A DNA stretch of 64,000 nt from contig MU053881.1 of assembly GCA_013239625.1 (NCBI GenBank), positions 5,479,957 through 5,543,956 on the forward strand, given 5' to 3'. Below the pieces are notes generated by a model. That model was not told the origin of the DNA. It made no database searches and saw only the letters and a program-made list of their open reading frames with translations. This DNA comes from Lama guanicoe (Eukaryota). Positions 1 to 11,399 of the stretch are shown here, one piece after another; position 1 is the stretch's first letter; every line of letters starts with the position of its first letter. The position numbers were made by a program, and so were the translations under genes.

Positions 1-345
1 CCATCTCTAGAACTGACTCGTCTTCCTCAAGTCAAACTCTGTACCCATTAAACAACTCTCCAACCCCCCATCTCCCCCAGGTCCCTGACAACCACCATTC
101 CACTTTCCATCTCTGAGTGTGACCACTCTAGGTACCTCACATAAGTGGGATCATACAGTATTTGTCTCTCTGTGACTGGCTCACTTCACTTAACTTAATG
201 GCCTCAAGGTCCACCCATGTTGTACCACGTGTCGGAATTTTCCTCCTTTTTAAAGCTGAATAATACTCCATGGTCTGCTTATACCACATTGTGTTTATCC
301 ATTCATCTGCTGAGGGACACTTGAATTGCTTCCATTTTTCAGCCT
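1..345 (-). mobile_element. L1 3' end fragment
   Basis: The minus-strand ORF resembles the L1 ORF2 C-terminus (WKQFKCPSADEWINTMWY..MEYYSALKR). Confidence 0.85.
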
Positions 346-525
346 TAACAATGACAGGACAGAGCCAACCAAATCGGAGCAAGTTTTTTTTTGGAGTCAA
401 TCTGCCTATATATTCTGCATATTGTGATGACTCATCTCTAATGGAGATACTGGGAAAACCTTTGTTAAAGCAGCACGTTGTGGTGCATGCAGCCCTCATT
501 TGGTGTCAACACATCACTTAGGTAT

Positions 526-866
526 TGTCTTAGTCCATTCAGGCCACTACAACAAAGTGCTATAGACTGGCTGGCTTAGAATCGACAGAAATTTATTTCT
601 CACGGTTCTGGGGGCTGGAAGCCTGAGACCAGGGTGACTGTTGGGTTCTGGTGAGGACCCTTTTCTGGGCTGCAGACTGCTGACCTCTCGCTGTATTCTT
701 ACATGGCAGAAAGAGAGCAAGCTAGCTTTCTGGCCTCTTCTTATAAGGGTGTTAATCTCATGTGATGACCTAATTACCTCCCAGAGGCCCCACGTCCAAA
801 TACCATCACGTTGAGGATTCAATTTCAACATATGGAGGCGGGGCACAAACATTCAGTCCATAAACA
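526..866 (+). mobile_element. MLT1-type (ERVL-MaLR) solo LTR
   Basis: TG...CA termini (tgtcttagtccattcagg ... cattcagtccataaaca), near-perfect 5-bp TSD ggtat/tgtat, typical MLT1 body. Confidence 0.85.
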
Positions 867-2779
867 TGTATTAAATTAAACTTGGTTCTTTTCTCATTAG
901 CCCATGAAAGTAGAAGTACTAGTCTGGGACCCCAGTTCACTTGCTAACAGAATTATTATTGATTATCTAAATTGTGCCTATCCCTCACATAAAAATATCA
1001 TCAAAATGGAAACTTAAAATTTAAACATTCTCGTAGAGAAGCTGTATACCCAAGTTAAGAAACACCGTCTTTCTATTTAATCCTCACCCTCCCCTTAACT
1101 GTGCCAAGCCCTGGGGGTGAGCTCTCCAGTTGGAAAGTTTTTTTACCACCAGCCTCTCCACTTCCTGTGAGCTCCTTCCCTGCATGGAGGAGGGTGTGCA
1201 GACGCTCTGTGTGTGTTCTGGGAGGCGTTTGAAAAGTGCTGGGATCACCCCAGTGACTCACTTTCACGCCGGGGGCCGGCTCCCCAGGAGCACACAGCAG
1301 CAGTGTGTTAAGAGATACCCAAAGCTGCTCCTGGAACTCCATTTTTACCCAAAAGTTGGTGCTAGGAAAAAAAAGTGGGGAGTAGAGATTTAAGCAATTT
1401 AACCAGGAAGTGATTTTACACATTTTCATATTGAAACAAACAGGGATGTGTTATGCTGGAGAATATAAAACTCACCTGCATTTTTCAGATAAAACTGCAG
1501 ACTTCAAAGAAATGTTGGCTTCGGTGGGCTGCTTCGGGCCAGGCCCCAGGCCCCGGGCCCCTTGAGAGAACTTCTGTAACAAAGTTGGAGAAAGCAATTA
1601 ATCACTCCTGCCGCTGGCAAGTGGGGCAAAGCCAATTAGGAGGTTTCCTTTTTCCAGGTGCACCTCTGTTCATGGGCTTATTATCAATCAAAACCAGATT
1701 CGCCATGGGGGACCAGCTGTAGAGGTTCTCAGAAACCCGCTTCACGCTAGTGCTCCAAGTGTAGGCAGAACGGGTTTGTTTACAGAAGCAAATACTTCCA
1801 AGAACCTCCTGCTTTTCAAAAATCTCTTAGTTCTGGTTATGTGATGGGCAGTGCTTCCATTAAGTTCTGTCTGTGTTTAATTACCTTTAAAAAAAAAACT
1901 TGGTAGTTTTTCAGCTAAAGGATGCAAGTTTCAGAGGAGGGATGGAGTGGAAAGGGAACTCCTGGATTCCCAAAGGTGCCCCTCAAATATTCAGAATCAA
2001 GTCTAGGAACTCATGTAAGACCAAGGGTCGGTGGTCAGGTGCTACCTCCTCACTCCCTGTGTCCCCTACCCACACACATGCACAAGCTCGAGGAAGAAGA
2101 TAAGGTTCCCACTTCTGGGCTTGTCACTCATCATCCAGAACTACATGTTCCAACATCACCTGAAGTGTCCCTTCTGCGTGAACTGAAAAACAGCTGCCCA
2201 GGGGCAGGCTAGCAAGTGGCTTTGGTGGGAAGAGCCAGCACCCCCTTATGACCATTCTGTTTCAGGCTATGGGACTATGCATCCCCTTCAAAGTCCACCT
2301 CTCCCCTCCAATAGTGAGTCAGTAACATCAGCCAAGAACATACCCTGGGCTAAATGGTTCCCTTGCCACTCACGACCATTAGGGATCCCATGTGCCCTGG
2401 CTCAAGTTCCTTCCCAGATGTCCTTGCTGACTCCAGCAGGTCCATGACAGATAGACTTCCAAGGGGCAGAACAGCCTTGGCATGAGGTAGCTGAGTCTAG
2501 ATCCCGCAGGGACAGTCCTGAAACCTCCATCTTCATGCACGAGAGCACAGGGACAACCAATCTCATCCTGGGGCTGCTCTGGGCCAGGTTCGGTACTGGG
2601 CTCTGAGGACAGAGGAATGAATAAGAGAGATATAGTCTAGCCAGAAAGACTGCCCTACGGACAACTGCAGGTAACTGTGGGGAGAATGACAAGAGAATTC
2701 TGCACAAAATGTCTGAAGGGCACAGAGTGGGAGGGGAAACCTGCCTGGGGGGTAAGGATTATAAAAGCTTTCCGAAAGG

Positions 2780-3380
2780 CCAAAAATAGGCAACCCCATA
2801 GGTGAGGGCGTGGCTCCCCAGACCCGAGCCGAGTAGCATCCTCACACGTGTTGCTGTGTCCACATCCCACCTGTATGTATCATCATTTACTTAGTAATTT
2901 GCTTTAAGTTGATTAACTCAAAAGTTAAACATGTTTCTTTAAAGGGAAGCTCTATCGTGACAGTTGGAAAGCCTGTATAGTTGTCCATAAATAAAATGTA
3001 ACTCTAAAAGAAACATGATGAAAGCAAATCAGTGTCACTGAGTTGCAGCTCGGTTCCATTAGTTTCCTGTTAAAAGTCCTGACATGAGGCTGCTCATGTG
3101 CACTCTCTCTCTCTCTGCTTAAAGGAGATTAGCATGTGTTAAGGAAGTGTTAAAGACAAGCTAACACCAAAATGAGATTTTATACTTCATTAAAAGAAGT
3201 ATATGAAGACGTATATACAGAAGAATTATGCAAATCAACTGCACCTCAATTAAAAAAATAAAGCAGAAGAATTACAAGGGTACTGGAAGTGGTAACAACT
3301 GCATATTGTAATTTGATGTCATTCCACACATATGAGAATACCACCCCAAATGGCCTTTCCTACACTTTAAAAATACTGGA
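2780..3380. mobile_element. Possible old hAT-Charlie-type DNA transposon remnant
   Basis: The end resembles a decayed Charlie terminus (cactttaaaaatactg). Family recalled from memory only. Confidence 0.35.
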
Positions 3381-3959
3381 TTACTCTGAATGCTTTCGTG
3401 AGGTCTCCGGAGCACAGACGAGACGTGTTGGGTGAGGTGGATGTGTGAGGGTGGACATGGCGTCTGGAACCTGGCAGCTGGGGAGCAGCAGGGACATTTT
3501 CATAACTGCGAAGTGAAATTTGGCCAGGATCACCCCATCGGATCAGCCTTTTCTGGATCTAATAATGCTTGTTGAGGTCCCTAGGAGAAATAATTTTTAT
3601 TTTAATTGAAATTCTTTGATCCTCTTTTCATAACACTACAGAATTATAATAAGATCTGAAAACCCCTTTGTGTGGGAAAGAAACAAAGGGAAAAATCTGT
3701 TCTAGAGGATGTTGCTAGAACACTTAGCACGTTGCGTGGTAATCCTATGTTTATGTGTCTGTCTCCCTCACCTGACTTGCACCCCCTCCCCCAGGGGCAG
3801 AGATCTGTTACTTTTCTCTGTCTTCTGAGTATCTGGTGGAAAGACTGGGACTTTACAGTGCTCAGTGTTTGCTGTGTGAATGGCTGGACAGTACGGTGGT
3901 GGAAGGGAAGAAAAAAATCAGATACCCTTGTGTGCTTCTGACCTGTGTTTTCTTAATGC

Positions 3960-4145
3960 GACGCAACGTAGCATGGTCATTAATCTGAGGTTAGGCAGAC
4001 TTGAAGTCTTGCCTGTTAAGTGGAGATAGTAGTAGCACCTGCTTCCCAGGACTGGCGTCAGGATTAAATGAGCCAACAGACACAAAGCCATTAGAACACA
4101 GTGATTAGCATGTAGTAAACACTTAGTCGATGGTAGGTATCATTG
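3960..4145. mobile_element. MIR SINE
   Basis: MIR-like core: gtggagatagtagtagcacc...ggattaaatgag...aaagccattagaacacagtg. Confidence 0.7.
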
Positions 4146-4189
4146 CTGGTGTTACTGATATAATCACACACAGGAATTATCAAATGTTT

Positions 4190-4725
4190 GTATAGAACGG
4201 ACGCTGTGAGTTTTAGCTGCCCGTAATCTATTTTCCTTTCTTCAGGTAGTATGACCCTCATTTTCCTTTGGGGGACACTTTGCCCCTACTCTCAATCCAC
4301 GTGATTTCAGTGTGACTCACATCTAGCCAATCAGTGCAGCCCAGTCTCCTGGCTACAGCTGGCTTAGTGATGAGCACATGACCTGGCCAAGCCAATGAGA
4401 CCGGATCTCAGGACCTTCACCAGAGATACTGAGGAAGAGGAACTTTTTTCTACTGAGCTTGCTAAGCTGGCAGAATTTAGGCCATCGACGCTGGTGACCA
4501 TCCTTGTCATCTCAAGCACAGAGCTTGCCTGAGAATGAAGCCCAAAACGAAGAAAAGCAGAGAGCCAAAAGATGTAGAGAAGGAGTTTGAGTGACACTGT
4601 CTGAAAATCAGGATCTAGCTGTGCCTAAAGGTAAATCATTGATTAGTTTAGGGGTTTTTTTGTTTGTTTATTTCTTTTTCACTTAGGTCAATCTGAGTTG
4701 AGCTTCTGGCAGTGGTCACAGAGAG
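4190..4725. mobile_element. Old MLT1-type LTR
   Basis: Motifs gcacatgacctggccaagccaatgaga and gcttgcctgagaatgaagcc; 3' end cagtggtcacagagagccctaa. Confidence 0.65.
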
Positions 4726-5619
4726 CCCTAATATACATAAGGAGTCCGAGAATGTGTGTATCTTCATCTTTTTTTTGGACCAGACTTATTTGGAGATTGA
4801 GTTTCACCCATTCAGTTCAACAAGTGGGCGTTAAGGGCACTGTGGAGAGTATGGGGAGACCAAATAAAAATAAACATAAGACTGCCTCTGCCCTCAAAGT
4901 TCACCTCTAGAAGGGAATACAAACTGTACTTTACAGTCACACCTCGTGTAGTTGAGAGACCGCGAGAATAAGAGAACAGGAAATAGAGAAAGGTCAGTTC
5001 TGCCGTGGGACTGTCTGCGAGAGAAGGCAGTGGGGTGCTTTACCACAAAATAATTTGCAGACATTTAACAGTATTCTCTTGCCTGGATTCTGGAAGCCAT
5101 TTACAGGATGCTTGTTTCAATTAGATTTTAATCACCCGCAGCTCGTGTATTCCTTTAATGAGTGCCTGATGTTACCATGCAGAGTGAAGTGTGTTTTACT
5201 GCCTGCGCTCAATGAGTGCAGTCCTGCCTCGTGGACACCTGGAAGGCTGCTCCCACGAGCACTGCGGAGACGGTAAGGGGCAGGTGTCTGTGGGAACAAA
5301 CAGAAGCCTGTCGCTCACACACCGATAGAGGGAGCATGTCACTCAGTCACAGCTCCTTCCTCCTGCCATCAGCAGGTGTGTGATTTCAGCCAGGTGGGCT
5401 ATGAGGTAAGGGTGTCATGTTTGCCACTGCTTGCTTTCAGAAGCAGCAGAAATGCCAAGCCCTACCCACTTGGAGCTCTGATACACAAAATGCCCCATGT
5501 GTCTGCTGCTTAAAGCCTTTCAGCTACTCCTCACCTGCCCTTTCACCTTGGAACACAAGGAAGGTTCTTCATGAGTGTGTCAGGCATGGTTCTAGGTGCT
5601 TGGGAGACAAAGGTAGGTA

Positions 5620-6200
5620 AAACCTGCTTTCTACCCTTACGCAAGAGAAACCCAACTCAGACTTACAGGGAATACAATTAAAAGTGTAATGATTTATGGG
5701 ACTGAAAATTCCAGGCAGTAGATTTAGGCATCGCTAGATCCAGCTCAGCTTATGTTCAGGGTTTGTTTTTTTTTCCCATTTCTCAGCTGTATTTTCCTCT
5801 GTGTTGGCTCCTCTCTTGGGCAGGCTCTCTCCTATTGGAAAGGGCCCCAGTTTTTTTCCCCTTATGGGGACTCCAAGTTGTTCCAAGTTTATATTCTCCC
5901 AAATTCATATTCAGAAAAAAAAAGAGATTCTTCCTTCTAAACAGTTATGGGGGAAAATAAAGTCCTGAATCTGACTCTAATTGGCCCCAAATGGGTCACA
6001 TGCCCATCCTAAACCCACCATGGTTTTGGAATACACTGATTGGCTCAAGTTTGGGTCTGGGGACCACGCTGAAGAAGGGGATGGCATAGGCCGCGTCAGA
6101 ACCACATGGGCTGAGTCACGGGTGGGAGGAATTGGCTCTTTAAAGGGAATTCAGGGTGCTGTTACTAGGGGAAGAATGAATGAATACTATTCAAGCACAA
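5620..6200. mobile_element. Old MLT1-type LTR
   Basis: Motifs gcaagagaaacccaactcag and tctaattggccccaaatgggtcacatgcccatcc. Confidence 0.55.
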
Positions 6201-6887
6201 CCTACATGCACTAGAATCTAATCTTCCTTCAGCTGTTGCAATAAGTTCATTGCCTAGTCATAATACAGAGTGTTCTGTAAGGAGTCCAGAAAATTGTGTT
6301 AGAGAGAAAGATTTTGGAAGATCTCTTCAACATTTTCCAAGGGACACAATACTCTGATTTCCAGAATTGATTCCAGTTATCCAGAGAAAAGTGTATCTGC
6401 TTATTTGCAGACTAGAGAAAGGAAAGATAGATAATAGAGAACAGAAACACTTCTTAGGAAGAGCCAACTCCACCTGCTTGAATTACTTGCTTAACAAGCC
6501 ATCTTCTGAACTTAGTCTCTTGAAAGGTCCCACCTGGGACACTAGGAGAGCGACTCTGGCACAAATCACTAGGGCTGGATGGTTATCTTCCCAGGCATAG
6601 ATGGATAGGGTAGCATTCCATCATATGTACCTATTCCTGGTCATTCCCCTGAGCTTTCACCCTCTGTGAAAAGATCAAATCAGGGAGTTAATCTTGAAAA
6701 GCCTCCACAAGTGGAGACGGTATCTCAATAAGGCAAGCTGGAGGAACCAGTCTATTTGCTACAACATTGCCCTTTCAAAAAAGCAGAGGAAATGGCAATA
6801 TTTTCATCCCTACCAATTTAGCTTTCTGGGTTGCTGTAAGTTAAAAGTATTTTTAAAAATAGCCATTATATATTCATGTTGGCCACC

Positions 6888-7330
6888 TGTAGTAGGTTGA
6901 ATTATTTGGGACTCCAATTTTTTTTTTAAATAAACAGAAGTGAAGTTTTTATTTTATTTGGGGCCCTAATTTTTCAACCCTCTCTGTAGTCACACCATTT
7001 GCCTAGGACTTTTTGATCTCTCCACCAGGGACAAAATGTACTTCTCCACTCGTTGCCGTGGGGCCTGGCCATGTGACTTGCCTTGGCCAATGGGGTGTTG
7101 CCAGATATGACGCAAGCAGAGGGCTCAACCTATGTTTATGCAGTTGGTGGTACTTTCTTGCACCACTGCCTCAGCCATGAGAAGACACTGTTTAGCATGT
7201 TGCTCCAAGGAGAATGAGACATACCCGAGGCAGAACTTGACTCAACCCTCAGCCTGGAGTAAAGTCCAGTTGACCCCAACTGATACCACCCAGCCCCTAC
7301 TGACCTGAAGACACCTGTTGGCAGCATATA
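6888..7330. mobile_element. MLT1-type LTR fragment
   Basis: Starts tgtagtaggttgaattat; contains ggcctggccatgtgacttgccttggccaatgg. Confidence 0.65.
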
Positions 7331-7339
7331 AATAATTTC

Positions 7340-8062
7340 AAACACATAGAAAATTTTCAAGAATAGTCCAGAGAACATCTTTATGTGGATTTACCTATTG
7401 TTTTTATCATCTATTCTCCATATATGTCATTTTTTCCTGAAACATTTGAGACTAAGTTACATATATCATTATCTTTTACTCCTAAATCCATCAGTGTGTT
7501 CTACCAAAAAACAAGGATGCTCTCTTTCATAATCACAGGGCAACTGTTAACTGCAGGAACATTCACACTGATATAATATTTTAACCTACTGTACCGTTCA
7601 TATTCCAGTTTTATCAATTGACCCAATAATGTCTTTTATAGGCTCAAGTCTCTTTAGTCTCCTCTAACCTGGAACAGTTTCTCAGCTGTTCTTTGACTTG
7701 AATGACATTGACATTTTAAAAATATGCAGCCTCTCCCCTCTTTTTAGCATAGAGTGTTCAACATTTGAGTTTGGCTGCTCTATTCTCATGATTCTATTCA
7801 GGCTATACGTCTCCAGCCAGAGGACTACAGAAGTGATGTCATTCTCAGAGGGTACCATTTGGAGGCACATGATATCCATTTGACTGTCTGGTCCAGGTAC
7901 TGTGCATTTTTCCTTCTGTATAGTTTCTGTTTTTCCCCCTTGCAACTAAGAAGCAATCCAAGGGGAGATATTTTAAGACGATGCAAATATCCAGCTCCTC
8001 ATCAAAATTTTCTTCATATATTTAGCCTCCAAGGATGCTTTTTGCTGGAACCAGTCTACTAT
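7340..8062 (-). mobile_element. Old L1 (L1MC/ME-like) 3' region
   Basis: Similar to segments at 20970-21470 and 29560-30840 (cctaaat..cagtgtg..ttct..aaaaacaaggat..tctc; ctggaacagttt). Confidence 0.7.
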
Positions 8063-8342
8063 TGTCTTAGCTCAGACTGCTGTAACAGCATCCCATAGAC
8101 TGGGTGGCTTAAACAAGAAATGTTTATTTCTCTCTGGAAGCTGCAAGTCTGAGATCAGGTTGCCAGCATGGTCCGGTTCTTGGTGAAGACCCTCTTCCTG
8201 GTTTACAAATGCCCGTCTTCTCTTTGTATCCTTGTAGGACAGAAAGAAGAAGGGCTAGTTCTCTTCCTCTTCATGTAAAACATTAATTCCATCATGGAGG
8301 CTCTACTCTTATGACTTAACTATCTCCCAACAACTCCGCCAC
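8063..8342 (+). mobile_element. MLT1-type LTR, 3' truncated by an L1
   Basis: Homologous to 526-866 (tgtcttag...tagactgggtggcttaaacaa..aaatgtttatttctc). Confidence 0.8.
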
Positions 8343-9755
8343 CTTAACAATATTAACCTCCCAATTCAGGAACATGGGCTTTTTATCAAAATTTAAAACT
8401 TTCATGCTTCAAAGGGCGCTATCAACAAAATGAGGAGACAATCCACAATGGGAGAAAAGATTTTCAAATCATAACTCTACTAAAGGACTTGTAATCAGAA
8501 TATGTGAAGAAACCTTACTACTCAATATAAAAAGACAAATACTCCTATTCATAAATGGACAAAGGATCTGAGTAGACATTTATCCAAAAACAGATATACA
8601 AATGGCCAATAAGCACATGAAAATACACTCAATATTATTAATCATTAGGGAAATGCAAGTCAGAACCTCGGTGGGATACCTACATACCCAAAACGGCTTG
8701 CACCGTTCTATAGCCCCTTATAAACTGCTAGTGGGAATATGAAATGGTAACTGCTGTTTTGAAAAACTCAGTTTGCCAATCCTCAAAAACTTACACGTAG
8801 AGTTACCATACGACCAAGCAGTTTCACTCCTAGGTGTATAGTCGAACAATTGAAAACATACATTCACACAAAAACTTGTAAATGAATGTTCATAACAGCC
8901 TTATTCAGTATAGCCAGAAAGTGGGAACAACCTAAATGTTCATCTACTGGTGTAGAGATAAACAAAATGTGGTATCGCCAATGGAATATTAGCCAGCATC
9001 AAAAGGAATGAAGTACTGATGTATGCTACCACGTGGATGAACTTTGAAAACATGATGTTGCATGAAAGAAGCCAGTCATAAAGACCTCAAATGATTTCAT
9101 TTGTACAATATGTCCACTAGCAAGTTTCAAATATGCAGTGCAGCATTATTAACTATAACCCCTATGCTCTGCCTTACATCCCCATGACTTAAAACTGAAA
9201 GTTTGTACCTTTTGACTCCACTCATTTTGCTAACACCCCATCCCCTGCCTCTGGCAATCACTTATCTGTTTTCTGTATTTATGAGTTCCATTGCTTTTTT
9301 TTTAAAATTCCACATATAAGTAAGATCATATGGTATTTATCTTTCTCTGACTTATGTCACATAGGATAATACCCTCCAGGTCCATCCATGTTGTCACAGA
9401 TGACAAGATCTCCTTTTTATGACTGAATACTATTCCACTGTAGATAGATACCATATTTTCTTTATTCATCCACTGAAGGTCACTTGGGTTGTTTTCACAT
9501 CTTGGCTGTTGCAAATAGTGCTGCAGTGAACATGAGGGCATGCATCTTTTCAAGTTAGTGTTTTCATTTTCTTCACATAAATACCCAGAAGTGGGATTGC
9601 TAGATCATATGGCAGTTCTATTCTTAATTTTTTGAGGAGTCTCCAGTTTTCCATAGTGGCTGCACCAATTTACTTGAATCCTATGCTTTAAATTGATGAA
9701 ATATAGGGTATATGAATTATATCTCAATAAAGATGTTATAAAGTAGAAAAATACA
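8343..9755 (+). mobile_element. L1 3' portion (+), interrupted by a second L1 (-) at about 9120-9672
   Basis: ORF2 3' motifs (agagttaccatacgaccaagcagtttcactcctagg; aaaaggaatgaagtactgat) and 3' end tatatctcaataaa at about 9720. The inner segment encodes L1 motifs on the minus strand (TTWMDLEGIILCDISQ). Confidence 0.8.
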
Positions 9756-9904
9756 CACGCACCTGCACGCACACACATACACAAATAAGGCACTGTTTCT
9801 ACAGAAAGAGTCTTAAGTGGATTGGGCCATGCAGTACGTTTAGGTGATGCTAGATGTGAACAGGAGAGTTAATAAAGAGTCCCCACGGAGTTTGGAGCAT
9901 TGGT

Positions 9905-10040
9905 ATTGGCCCAGTTTTACAGAGGAGGAAACTGAGTGGTACAGAAATTCAAGATCATGTAGCTAGCACAGGACAGAAGCCAGATTCCAAACCAGGAAGT
10001 TGACAGCAGAGTTGGACCCCCTTAACAACCACATTACTCT
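9905..10040. mobile_element. MIR SINE
   Basis: Core cccagttttacagaggaggaaactgag. Confidence 0.75.
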
Positions 10041-11399
10041 CTGCTGGGAATTTGTGTCTTTGTTCTAAGATAAAGGCAAGGTGGAGAATACCAATGCCTA
10101 AGATTCTCTCAGTGACACTGCTCTCTTCTCCTAGTGCCAACTCCTCAGTGCTCATCAGAAAGCACTTGGGTGCCTACCATCTGTTTAACAGACATTATGA
10201 AGTCTTGGCTTCTGCAATTTCTAGAGCAAAATTTAGGACAAAGCAAGCCCTTGGAAGGTATCAGCATGCAGCTTCTCTCCTTCAGGGAAGTGATGATGTG
10301 ATGTCTGTCTGCCAATGTGAACAGCTTAGCTGAGAATGATCGGATAGAAGGCTTTATGACACAGTACCTGAATATCAGAGCAACTCTGAAAACTCATAAA
10401 GATGTTGCTCATATATAAGCTCTTTGAATGTTCATGACCACCCAGGACAACACTAATAAATTTAATATGGCAGACTTCTATTTCTTACAAGGCACTTCCG
10501 TGTTTTCATATAATACAGTGTTTTGTTTATTTACTGAACACTCATTTTTATCTGATTATTCAAGTGAATAGTAAGACAGATTTTTGTCTTCATTTTGGAC
10601 TATTTCTGTGAGCTAGATTCCCACATGTGGGATAATCCTGAGTCAAAGGGTATGAACATTTTTAAGGCTCTTGATCTGTTTCCAAATTGCTTTGCAAAAA
10701 GATTGAACCAATTTACACTCTCACCAGCAGTGTATGAAAATGTATTTCAATGCAAATTCCAAGCTGCATAGTCTCTTTCCTAGGTATTTCACTTAAAAAC
10801 ATTTTTTTTTTAATGTTAAGCAAAAGCTGACCCGGAATGTTAAAAAAAGAAAGCCTGATTATAAAAATGGAGCAGATAGTTAAAACAAGTCTTAGGCAGA
10901 AATAAGCTTTAGAAGAGTCCAAGTAGAATGACAAAAAAAAAAAAAATTAAGGCATCACAGCAAGAGCACAATTTTGAAGGGACCATTAACAATTTGGCTT
11001 AGATTTGGATAGCCACCGCCAAGAATGTCGGGCGTGGTCAGTGTACCAAACTGTAGTTTAGAAAAAGTTGGATATTTTATTTATTTACATTTCACTTTGT
11101 TCTAAAGACAACTTAAGATACTTAAAGGGAGAATCTTGAGAAGTAGCATTGTGTCTAAATAATCAGTCCTGTGAATATGAAGCAAACTCACGCCCCCTGA
11201 ACTACGATCCGCGCTTATCTCTCCCAACACCGGATGCCTCTCCTCCGTAATCTTAGTTTGCAACCACAATGACCGGCTCTACGTCTAATAATGGGGCACA
11301 GAGATTTTAGGGGGCAATGGGGGTGGGGCAGGCAAGAGGAAGCCCGGACTTGGGGTACCAACCCATGGAACTCTACACAAATGCAAAAAGCGCTGGGAC

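Noticed and set aside
2402..2707. 101-aa minus-strand ORF with an internal acceptor-like site
   Set aside because: No recognisable domain or homology, and no supporting exon chain.
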